A stretch of DNA of 64,000 bases from an uncultured Acetatifactor sp. (GTDB taxonomy: Bacteria > Bacillota > Clostridia > Lachnospirales > Lachnospiraceae): contig CAJTVB010000011.1 of assembly GCA_910579755.1 (NCBI GenBank), positions 11,742-75,741 of the forward strand, written 5' to 3'. The position numbers and the translations under genes are program-made. This document shows positions 8,864 to 17,089 of the stretch, in pieces. Each line of letters begins with the position of its first letter. The stretch's first letter is position 1. The notes under the pieces were generated by a model. The model was given only the letters and a program-made list of their open reading frames with translations, was not told the origin of the DNA and made no database searches.

Positions 8864-10177
8864 CTATTTGACAATCTCTGTTACTCTAACTGCAAAACTT
8901 TCCTCAATGACTACAACTTCACCCCTTGCAACAAACTTCCCGTTCACCAGAACATCTATGGGTTCTCCGGCAATCCTGTCCAGTTCGATAACCGTCCCGG
9001 GTGCAAAGTTCAGAATTTCTGAAATAGACTTTGACGTCCGTCCAAGCTCCACCGTAACCTCCAGAGGCACATCCATGATCAGGCCGATATTTTCCTGTCC
9101 CATGATTCCTCTTCCGTCCCCGGCAAAACTCTGAAACTGTGCCGGATGAATATTGATGTTCTGCATGGGCATCTGCTGATTCATCCCCATCATCTGAGGA
9201 TTCATTCCCATCATCTGAGGGTTCATCCCCATCATCTGAGGGTTCATCCCCATCATCTGAGAATTCATTCCCATCATCTGAGGATTCATTCCCATCATTT
9301 GAGGGTTCACTCCCATTTGTTGATTCATCCCCATCCCATTCATATTCATCTGCCCTGCTGCCTGACCAGAATCCGCTGCCGAAGCATCCTGGGCATCCCC
9401 TGCCTTCTTTGCTGCTTTTTTTGCATCGTCCTCCTGTGTATGGAGGAAGGTTCTCACCAGCATGCGCGACAATTCCATAGGATACAGCTGCATAATGGAG
9501 CTGTCCACCAGATTGTCGATCTGCATCCGGAAAGATATCTTGACAAATTCCCCTCCCAGAAAAGGAGAGATATCCTCTCCGTTCTGTATTTTTGTCAAAT
9601 CCAGCAGCGACGCGTTCGGCGGGCTGATATCAATGGTTCTTTTCAGCATAGTGGAGAGAGATGTGGAAGCGGAACCCATCATCTGATTCATGGCCTCGGA
9701 AATGGCGCTCAGATGAAGTTCTCCAAGTTCTCCCTCCGTGTTTGTGCCATCCCCTCCCATCATCAGATCGGTGATGACCTTCGCATCGTTCTCCTTCAGC
9801 ACCAAAATATTGGTGCCGTCCAATCCCATGGTATACTTAATCTGTATAAAAACGCAGGGCCTCTCATATTCGGACAGCAGATTTTTCCACCGTACCACCT
9901 CCACATGAGGAGTTGTGATGCTTACTTTTCTGTTGACAAGCGAATACAGTGCCGTGGCCGAGGAGCCCATGCTGATATTGGCCACCTCGCCGATCGCGTC
10001 TCTTTCTTCCTCTGTCAATACTGTTTTAATCTCTTCCCGGGAATCCTGGGCCGGCTCACTGCTGGGTACCTCAGTGACCTCTTCCGTACTTCCGATCCCT
10101 CCCGGCTCTCCATCATCAGACAGATTCATGCCGCTGAGCAAAGCATTAATCTCGTCTTGCGACAGCATTCCATCCAT
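8864..10177 (-). CDS. fliY: Flagellar motor switch protein/phosphatase FliY (CheC-like domains plus C-terminal FliN/SpoA domain)
   Basis: N-terminal LSQDEINALLSG CheY-P-binding peptide. CheC-like middle region. C-terminal FliN-type sequence (LEVTVELGRTSKSISEILNFAPGTVIELDRIAGEPIDVLVNG). The linker is Q/M/N-rich. Confidence 0.85.
   Translation of the reverse strand: MDGMLSQDEINALLSGMNLSDDGEPGGIGSTEEVTEVPSSEPAQDSREEIKTVLTEEERDAIGEVANISMGSSATALYSLVNRKVSITTPHVEVVRWKNLLSEYERPCVFIQIKYTMGLDGTNILVLKENDAKVITDLMMGGDGTNTEGELGELHLSAISEAMNQMMGSASTSLSTMLKRTIDISPPNASLLDLTKIQNGEDISPFLGGEFVKISFRMQIDNLVDSSIMQLYPMELSRMLVRTFLHTQEDDAKKAAKKAGDAQDASAADSGQAAGQMNMNGMGMNQQMGVNPQMMGMNPQMMGMNSQMMGMNPQMMGMNPQMMGMNPQMMGMNQQMPMQNINIHPAQFQSFAGDGRGIMGQENIGLIMDVPLEVTVELGRTSKSISEILNFAPGTVIELDRIAGEPIDVLVNGKFVARGEVVVIEESFAVRVTEIVK
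9159..9340. repeat. In-frame 21-bp tandem repeat array inside fliY (six clean units at 9180-9305 plus degenerate flanks) encoding (MGMNPQM)n
   Basis: The unit ttcatccccatcatctgaggg recurs at 9180, 9201, 9222, 9243, 9264 and 9285 with 1-3 substitutions each. The translation reads QMMGMNPQMMGMNSQMMGMNPQM... Confidence 0.9.
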
Positions 10178-10180
10178 TAA

Positions 10181-11161
10181 TTACTCCTCCTCTCTGATTA
10201 CCGATGTAATCCGGACAGCATAAGAGTCTTTTTCGGCGCCGGGCAATGCGGTAAATTTTTTAATATTTCCCACAAATATATTCATATCATCATCCACCTT
10301 GGAATTAAGGCGAATGCAGTCCCCTATCTGCAGGTTCATAAAATCATTAACTGATATGGTGCTCTTTCCAAGTACGGCCCTGACCGGGATATCCACTTTA
10401 CGAATCAGCGACTCAATATACCCCTCATAATTTTCATCGTGATTGTCCTGCATAGTGGAAAACCAATACTTTGTATTCAATTTATCCATAACGTCCTCCA
10501 ATGTAAAAAATGGAAGACAGACATTCATAAAGCCTTCTACGTCCCCTACTTTTACATTCAGAGTGACAATCGCTATCATTTCATTGGGACCAATCACCTG
10601 CGCAAACTGTGGATTCGTCTCCAAACGGTTCAGCACAGGACTGATATCTATCACATTTTTCCAGGGTTCTCTCAAGAGCTGAGCAAACATGACCAATACC
10701 TTCTGAATGATCATCAGCTCGATCTCCGAAAACTCACGAATCTTCTCCAATGGAAGCCCGCTTCCTCCCAGCATGCGGTCCAGCATGGCGTAAGCAAGAT
10801 TTGTAGCCATCTCAATAATAATATTTCCGTTCAGCGGTGCAAAATTGATAATGCCCAAAATTACGGGATTGGACATGGAATTTGTAAACTCACTGAAAGA
10901 AACCGTCTCCGAACTGGCTACCGTAACCTGCACATTCTTTCTGAGATATACAGGAAGATTCGTGGAAATCAAACGGCTGTAATGCTCAAATATGATCTCC
11001 AGGGTCCTTAAATGTTCCTTGGAAAATTTTGTAGGGTGATTAAAGTCATAACCCTTGACTTGTTTCTCTTCGCTTTCCCGCATCCGGTCCGCATCAAGTT
11101 CTCCCGATGCCAGATCCGTCAACAGCTTATCTATGTCTCTTTGAGATAAAGCCTCACCCAC
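10181..11161 (-). CDS. fliM: Flagellar motor switch protein FliM
   Basis: 326 aa. N-terminal LSQRDIDKLL CheY-P-binding motif. Adjacent to fliY. Confidence 0.9.
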   Translation of the reverse strand: MGEALSQRDIDKLLTDLASGELDADRMRESEEKQVKGYDFNHPTKFSKEHLRTLEIIFEHYSRLISTNLPVYLRKNVQVTVASSETVSFSEFTNSMSNPVILGIINFAPLNGNIIIEMATNLAYAMLDRMLGGSGLPLEKIREFSEIELMIIQKVLVMFAQLLREPWKNVIDISPVLNRLETNPQFAQVIGPNEMIAIVTLNVKVGDVEGFMNVCLPFFTLEDVMDKLNTKYWFSTMQDNHDENYEGYIESLIRKVDIPVRAVLGKSTISVNDFMNLQIGDCIRLNSKVDDDMNIFVGNIKKFTALPGAEKDSYAVRITSVIREEE

Positions 11162-11211
11162 ACAAACTCACCTCCTCATGTTGGTTCTTGAACACTTATC
11201 CAAGCCGCCCA

Positions 11212-11736
11212 TCAACCGTACTGAACCCCGCTGATTGCAATATCATAGATACAGCCGGTCTGGTATCTTTGCTGCAAAGCTTTCAGGATCTCATCCCTGA
11301 CGCTTCCGAAATCATTACGGCACTCCTCTTCTGTGTGGGCGCTTACCACCTCATTGACAATATCCATGATTAGACTGTCTCTTACCACACCGGTATCTGT
11401 ACCGATATCCTTGCTTATCTTTTTATAATCTTCATGCTTTGTGTTCAAAAGCAGGGATATCTTGAAGGTAATATATCCGTTTGACCCGTTTAAAGGAATC
11501 AGCAGCGCATCCTGTACATCATAAGTATACGTATCGGCCAGGGGAACCTCCACATTGGCGATCCCGCTGGGGCCGATCAGCTCCAGGTTCATCACCGCAG
11601 CAATGCTGGTAACCAGCTCCGCGTTCTTTTTGTTTGTGCCAATGACGCTGATCATCATTACGGAAGTCAACGCTATGTTCACCAGCAGCAGTACCAGAAT
11701 CAATATGCTAAGCAAATTCTTTTTCATCGTATCCAA
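11212..11736 (-). CDS. fliL: FliL-like flagellar basal-body-associated protein
   Basis: 174 aa with a single N-terminal TM helix. Position between motB and fliM. Confidence 0.55.
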   Translation of the reverse strand: MDTMKKNLLSILILVLLLVNIALTSVMMISVIGTNKKNAELVTSIAAVMNLELIGPSGIANVEVPLADTYTYDVQDALLIPLNGSNGYITFKISLLLNTKHEDYKKISKDIGTDTGVVRDSLIMDIVNEVVSAHTEEECRNDFGSVRDEILKALQQRYQTGCIYDIAISGVQYG

Positions 11737-11794
11737 ACCCCTTTTATCTATAATCTGATTTTCCGGCCTCCAGGCCGCTTTGCCCGTTGCAGAG

Positions 11795-12622
11795 CTACTG
11801 TCCCTGAGATGGATTAAATATCCTGATCTCCACGCGCCTGTTCCGGCTTCTGCCTTCTTCTGTGGTATTGTCCGCTATAGGAGCCCGCTCGCCCATACCG
11901 GAGTGCTTCAGGTTCACCGGATCCAGGAAAGTCGTATCCCTGAGGTAGTAAAACACGGACAAGGCTCTGGCGCTGCTCAGCTCTTCGTTGCTGGCATACC
12001 GTGAACTGCTCATGGGCACATTGTCGGTATGCCCTTCAATCTCGATAATTCCGGTACCATAGCGCTCCAGGATCACTCCGATCTTATCCAGCATCTGTTC
12101 AGCCTTCTCTTTCAGCTCTGCCCTTCCCGAATCAAAGAGAAGCGCGCCGTTCATGGTCAGCTGAACAAATTGAGACGTAAAACTGAGCTCCACCTCATCT
12201 CCAATATTGTTCTCATTGAGAGCTTCCTCTATCCGCTCCGCCAGCTCCTCGTTCTCCTTCAGCTTTTCCTCCTGAAGATACTGCTCCATAGCCTCTGAAG
12301 ACTGATCATATTCCTCCATATTGTCTCCGTCGGTCTTACTGTCAGCAGTCTTTCCGGTACTATTGATAAACTGATCAAGCTCATTCAGCTGACTGACACC
12401 GTTGCTGATCAGAATGCCCTCTCCAATAGCCGTTGCACCTTTTTCAAAAATGCTGATGGAATTGTTCATGGCCGCCACCATTTCCTGGAGCTTGCTTTCC
12501 TCCAGAGTAGACATGGCAAACAGCATAACAAAGAAACAAAGCAGCAGATTCATCAGATCACTGAAGGTTGCCATCCAGGCCGGTGCCCCCGGCGGCGGCG
12601 TATCTTCCTTGCGCTTTGCCAT
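11795..12622 (-). CDS. motB: Flagellar stator protein MotB (OmpA-like C-terminus)
   Basis: N-terminal TM helix carrying the conserved Asp (ATFSDLMNLLLCFF). C-terminal OmpA/peptidoglycan-binding motif (GHTDNVP...NRRVEI). Confidence 0.85.
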   Translation of the reverse strand: MAKRKEDTPPPGAPAWMATFSDLMNLLLCFFVMLFAMSTLEESKLQEMVAAMNNSISIFEKGATAIGEGILISNGVSQLNELDQFINSTGKTADSKTDGDNMEEYDQSSEAMEQYLQEEKLKENEELAERIEEALNENNIGDEVELSFTSQFVQLTMNGALLFDSGRAELKEKAEQMLDKIGVILERYGTGIIEIEGHTDNVPMSSSRYASNEELSSARALSVFYYLRDTTFLDPVNLKHSGMGERAPIADNTTEEGRSRNRRVEIRIFNPSQGQ

Positions 12623-13422
12623 TACTCGTCACCTCCCGCGCCTTCCTCGGAAATGGTCCTGTCCTTGGGAGCCAGGAATGATTTCAGCTTTTCCTCAATT
12701 ACTCTGGGGTTTTCTCCCGCCTGAATGGACAAAAGCCCCTCGATCATAACTTCCTTCAGCACAACCTCCTCGCCGTTGTCAGCCTTCAGCTTATTTGACA
12801 CCGGTGTACAGATCCAGTTGGCAAGCAGGGAACCGTACAGCGTAGTGATCAGGGCCACAGCCATTGCAGGACCCAGATTCGCCACGTCATCCATATTGTA
12901 CAACATATTTACCAGACCTACCAGAGTACCGATCATACCCCAGGCAGGGCCCATGGCACCCAGTGTATCCCAGAATCCGCTGCACTTCTTATGCCGCTCT
13001 TCCAGACTGTTCATCTCTGTCTCCATGATGGCTCTGACCAGATCCGGATCCGTGCCGTCCACGATCAGCAAAATGCCCTTCTTCAGGAAGGGCTCATCCA
13101 TATCTGCCGCCGCTTCCTCCAGAGACAACAGACCATCCTTACGAGCCACATTGGACAACTCTATAATCTTTCGTATCATCTCTGCCGTGTCCAGAGCCGG
13201 CGACTTGAAGATCAGCGTAAAGCTCTTGAGCCCGGCCACAAAATCCGGCATGCTGACGGAAGCCAGTGTGGCAGAAAACGCACCGCCAAAGGTGATGAGC
13301 GCCGAAGGCGGGTCTATGTACCGGCCGATGTTCTGCAGCCCGGCATTAAAATGAATTCCGAGCACAAGCATGACCAGACAAATAACGATACCTGCTAATG
13401 ATGCTATATCCACAAAAACCAC
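12622..13422 (-). CDS. motA: Flagellar stator protein MotA
   Basis: 266-aa, four-TM MotA/TolQ/ExbB-type protein. Its stop overlaps the motB start. Confidence 0.9.
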   Translation of the reverse strand: MVFVDIASLAGIVICLVMLVLGIHFNAGLQNIGRYIDPPSALITFGGAFSATLASVSMPDFVAGLKSFTLIFKSPALDTAEMIRKIIELSNVARKDGLLSLEEAAADMDEPFLKKGILLIVDGTDPDLVRAIMETEMNSLEERHKKCSGFWDTLGAMGPAWGMIGTLVGLVNMLYNMDDVANLGPAMAVALITTLYGSLLANWICTPVSNKLKADNGEEVVLKEVMIEGLLSIQAGENPRVIEEKLKSFLAPKDRTISEEGAGGDE

Positions 13423-13443
13423 CTACCATTTTGCTCTTATTGA

Positions 13444-13629
13444 CTATTCCGCAAAAATATCCTTTCTGTACAATTTTACAAGATTTTTTATCTCTTGTCT
13501 ACTTTCTTTTACAATTATTTTCTTGCCTGTAGTAAGAGTGATCACCGTATCCGGCGTCTCCTCCACGATTTCAAACAGATGAGGGTTTACAAGGATCTTT
13601 ACTCCGTTGATTTTGGTCACCTCTACCAT
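13444..13629 (-). CDS. flbD: Flagellar protein FlbD
   Basis: 61 aa, MVEVTKINGVKILVNPHLFEIVEETPDTVITLTTGKKIIVKES, a typical FlbD sequence. It precedes motA as in Clostridia and spirochaetes. Confidence 0.8.
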   Translation of the reverse strand: MVEVTKINGVKILVNPHLFEIVEETPDTVITLTTGKKIIVKESRQEIKNLVKLYRKDIFAE

Positions 13630-13840
13630 AATCTTACCCTGCCTTTCTTCAAATCGACAAACCTTCGTCTGCCCCTGCAGACATTGTTTCCTGTCACCAA
13701 CGCTTTCGTCTCACGACCCCTTCCTTTCTATCATTACATACTCCCCTGCGCGCCGCATACAGCACCCCTCGCCTTTGTTCTTCTGAAGCGTTCCTGTCTG
13801 CCGGAGTATCTTTACCTCCAAACAAAGCTGTCCCCACGAT

Positions 13841-13871
13841 ACAAGAATAAGGGGCGGAAAACTTCCGTCCC
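13841..13871 (-). terminator. Hairpin plus U-rich tail about 60 nt downstream of flgE (attenuator or processing site)
   Basis: The minus strand reads GGGACGGAA-GTT-TTCCGCCCC followed by TTATTCTTGT. The stem is 9 bp with one G-U pair. Confidence 0.35.
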
Positions 13872-13930
13872 TTATTGTATCACATTTTACGAAGTATTGT
13901 GAGGGAAAAATGTACCATCTTTCACACCTG

Positions 13931-15736
13931 TTATCTCTTCAAATTAGTCAACTCTTCCAAAAGAGTGTCAGACACAGTTATAATACGACTATTCGCCTGA
14001 AATCCACGCTGGGTGGTGATCATTTCTGTGAACTCTGCGGACAGATCCACGTTGCTCATCTCCAGCTGTCCGGTGGACATATATCCGCCGTTGGCAGTGA
14101 CGTTTACACCGATACCGTCAAACTCACCGGAATTCAGCGTGGCAGAATAAAGGTTATCGCCGGATTTCTGCAGACCGGATGCGTTGGCAAAGGCCGCAGT
14201 GGCAATCTGTCCCAGCAGTCTGGTCATGCCATTGTCATAGCTGGCATAAATTCTGCCGTCCTGCTGAATGGACACGCCAATCATATCTCCCAGACGACGT
14301 CCCATTCCCAGGCCTTCCTCGTCACCGCTGGTGGCGGCCGCCGTAGAGGTTCCCTTGTTGTCGTACATGCCAAGTCCGGAAAGGTCCACCGTAATATTGG
14401 AGAAATTTCCTCCCAGAGCGGACAGGTTCATAACGGCGGTAGTCACCGTCTCCTGTCCCTGAATCCCTGCAAATTTACCGGTCTTGCCGTCAAAGGCAAC
14501 GATAGTGCCGTCAAATCTGCGTCCGGAAGTCTCGAAACTGGTCACATCCGTAGGGAAATGGGCCTGATCCGGATTGGTGGTGGTGTTTGTTCCGTTGGCC
14601 AGATTCAAAAGCATCTGCTCCACCGTGATCTGAGGATGAACCACATCAGCGCCGGCAGCATCCTGGCTGACAGGTGTATAGAGCAGATTCAGGAAATCAT
14701 CCGTGGAGCCTTCATAACCGTAAGCCTTTGCGATGGCATCCAGCTGATTCTGAACAGTTAAGGGTTCGGGAGGCGTTCCAGTAGTAAGCGTCGTCTCCGC
14801 ATCTCTGTCCAGCATATTGCCGCTTCCATCCACTATGGTAGCCAAATCTGCTATAATATTGCCGTCTTTATCCTTCAGCTGCTTTGTGTTGGTAGTATCC
14901 CAGCTGTAATTCTTTGTATCAATGGTCAGCTTGCCGGCGATATTCTGAGAGTTGCCTGCAGTTCCGAAAATGTTAGCGGCGCCTTCCTCAGAAGCCGAAT
15001 ATACCACCTTTCCTGTGGAATCCAGGATTCTGTCCAGCTCCAGGCTGTAATTGTTGACCCCGCCGGAATCCTCCGGTGAATCAGATTTCCGGAACACAAA
15101 TTTAGCCGTATAGGCATAGCCCAGAGCATCAAAGAAGTTCAGGTTCACCACCTTACCGTTCTTGCTGGTCACATCCTTATCGTTTTTGTCAATGATGCCG
15201 TCCATAACGGCCTGTGTGGTAGCCTCGGGAGGATAGGTCATATTGACGGCGCTCATGATCCGCAGTGCGGCCACGGTATCCTGCTTGATGTCTCCGGTCT
15301 CGTCGTCAACCTGCCAGCCCATTACGTTGTAGCCCGTACTGGTCATGGCCAGGTTTCCCGCACCGTCCACATAGAAAGAACCATCTCTGGTAAAGAAATT
15401 CTCTGTGCCGTTGTTTACTACAAAGAAATTGTCCCCGGTTATCATAATGTCAAAGGGATTGCCGGTGGACTGGCTGGAGCCCTGGCCGGTGATATTGACG
15501 TTGATGGCTCCGGATTTTACGCCCAATCCGATCTGTCTGGCGTTGGTACCGCCGGTGCCCGTAGTGGCATTGGCGCCGCTGGCCCTCTGGGTGGTCTGGC
15601 TCATCAGTTCGCTGAAAACGATGGAACTGGATTTGAAAGCCGTAGTGTTGACGTTGGCAATATTATTACCGATAACGTCCATTTTGGTCTGGTGGGTCTT
15701 CAATCCGGCCACACCAGAAAAAAGTGATCTCATCAT
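13931..15736 (-). CDS. flgE: Flagellar hook protein FlgE (long form, 601 aa)
   Basis: N-terminal rod/hook motif MMRSLFSGVAGLKTHQTKMDVIGNNIANVNTTAFK. C-terminal flagellar basal-body rod domain (EMITTQRGFQANSRIITVSDTLLEEL). Confidence 0.9.
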   Translation of the reverse strand: MMRSLFSGVAGLKTHQTKMDVIGNNIANVNTTAFKSSSIVFSELMSQTTQRASGANATTGTGGTNARQIGLGVKSGAINVNITGQGSSQSTGNPFDIMITGDNFFVVNNGTENFFTRDGSFYVDGAGNLAMTSTGYNVMGWQVDDETGDIKQDTVAALRIMSAVNMTYPPEATTQAVMDGIIDKNDKDVTSKNGKVVNLNFFDALGYAYTAKFVFRKSDSPEDSGGVNNYSLELDRILDSTGKVVYSASEEGAANIFGTAGNSQNIAGKLTIDTKNYSWDTTNTKQLKDKDGNIIADLATIVDGSGNMLDRDAETTLTTGTPPEPLTVQNQLDAIAKAYGYEGSTDDFLNLLYTPVSQDAAGADVVHPQITVEQMLLNLANGTNTTTNPDQAHFPTDVTSFETSGRRFDGTIVAFDGKTGKFAGIQGQETVTTAVMNLSALGGNFSNITVDLSGLGMYDNKGTSTAAATSGDEEGLGMGRRLGDMIGVSIQQDGRIYASYDNGMTRLLGQIATAAFANASGLQKSGDNLYSATLNSGEFDGIGVNVTANGGYMSTGQLEMSNVDLSAEFTEMITTQRGFQANSRIITVSDTLLEELTNLKR

Positions 15737-15811
15737 AGTGCTTGTTCCTCCTGAAATCGGAGCGTGCCCCTCTCGGTCAGTCGAGGGGCATAAGCCTCCG
15801 CAAAGGTCCGG

Positions 15812-16213
15812 CTATATAATTACCGCTCCGTTGATATTAGTGAATATGTTTTCGTTTGTTTCCGTGCTGTCCATTGCAGTGACTACCGTCTGATTCGGTA
15901 CGTTGACGATAAACGCCAGCTGATCCACGATCACCAGAGAATCTCTGATTCCCTTCCGCTCCGCTTTCTTCGCCCCGTCCTCCAGCCGCTCCAGCTGCCC
16001 GGCACTCAGTTCGATGTTTCGGTCATTCAACCTTCCCAGCGCATGTCTGGAAAATTTCAGGGTTCCATCCCCGCCCTGCAGGCTTCTGCTCTCCAGAATT
16101 TCCTGAAAGGAAAGACCGTCCCTGGTCTCGTGCGTGTCTGCCTTCTGGGGACTGCTTAAGTATTTTTCTGTCAACTGCTCAATGGAAAGATATCCGTTAT
16201 TCTGTATCTGCAT
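15812..16213 (-). CDS. Small 'flagellar operon protein' of unknown function found between flgD and flgE in Firmicutes
   Basis: 133 aa. The call rests on position and general resemblance to the conserved uncharacterised ORF at this site. No catalytic motif was recognised. Confidence 0.5.
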   Translation of the reverse strand: MQIQNNGYLSIEQLTEKYLSSPQKADTHETRDGLSFQEILESRSLQGGDGTLKFSRHALGRLNDRNIELSAGQLERLEDGAKKAERKGIRDSLVIVDQLAFIVNVPNQTVVTAMDSTETNENIFTNINGAVII

Positions 16214-16252
16214 CTTCCTTAAGCCCCCGTTCTGATCTGTCGGCCTGCGCTT

Positions 16253-17047
16253 TTACGCACCACCGTTCTCTGTGCCGCCTGATTCGTCCGGTTTTTCCGT
16301 TCCGCCCGGTTCCTCCGGCTTCTCAGTTCCGTCCGTATTTTCCCCGTCTCCCGGTTTCTCTGTTCCGTCCGGTTCTTCTGGCTTTTCCGCTCCGTCGGCT
16401 TCTCCTGCCGCCAGGCGCACTTCCTTCAGCTTCTCAATGTACTTGGCAAGCTTATCCTTGTTCTCCTTGGTGATAAAGGTCTTCTCATAGTCGCTCATCT
16501 CGTTGAAGGTCTTCTCCAGCTTGTCGATGGCATCTGCATCCGTCAGATCCACAGCTGCCAGAATCGGAAGCTTATTCATACCGATGGTAAATTCCTCCGC
16601 CTTCTTGTAAGCGTCGAAGTAAGTCTCGTCGAGCACAGTGTCCAGATCTTCCAGCGCATAAAGCTTCTCCTCGATGGAAAGCTTTGCCTTGCCGTTCTCG
16701 AATACCACATAGTCCACCCGGCCCTGCTTATACCCGGTATCTCCCGCCGCGTTGGTAGTCCTGATATAGACCTCCTTACCTACCAGAGAGCTTGCTCTCG
16801 CCAGATCGCTGCTGGCCGCCATATTCTGCATCTGCTCCACCTGGGAAAATTGTGCATACTGGGAAATATATTCCGTATTTGAAGTAGGCTCCAGCGGATC
16901 CTGATATTGCATCTGTGCCACCAAAAGCTGCAGAAATGCATCCTTATCCATACCGCTCTGCATCCCTGTGGCATTATTCTTTTTCAGGGAATTCTGAGAT
17001 TCTGTAGTGACGATTTTTCCGTCTTCTACCGGTGCCATTAAAGCCAT
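16253..17047 (-). CDS. flgD: Flagellar hook capping/assembly protein FlgD with an acidic P/E/G-rich C-terminal tail
   Basis: FLQLLVAQMQYQDPLEPTSNTEYISQYAQFSQVEQ is the canonical FlgD N-terminal motif. The tail carries repeated GTEKPEEP. Confidence 0.85.
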   Translation of the reverse strand: MALMAPVEDGKIVTTESQNSLKKNNATGMQSGMDKDAFLQLLVAQMQYQDPLEPTSNTEYISQYAQFSQVEQMQNMAASSDLARASSLVGKEVYIRTTNAAGDTGYKQGRVDYVVFENGKAKLSIEEKLYALEDLDTVLDETYFDAYKKAEEFTIGMNKLPILAAVDLTDADAIDKLEKTFNEMSDYEKTFITKENKDKLAKYIEKLKEVRLAAGEADGAEKPEEPDGTEKPGDGENTDGTEKPEEPGGTEKPDESGGTENGGA

Positions 17048-17089
17048 TACGCATTCTCCTTTCCTGTCCTTTTATTGAACGTTGGCCTA

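Noticed and set aside
9159-9340. Regularly spaced 21-bp repeats that might superficially suggest a CRISPR-like array.
   Set aside because: - The units are directly tandem with no spacers.
- They lie in frame inside fliY.
- No cas genes or leader are present.
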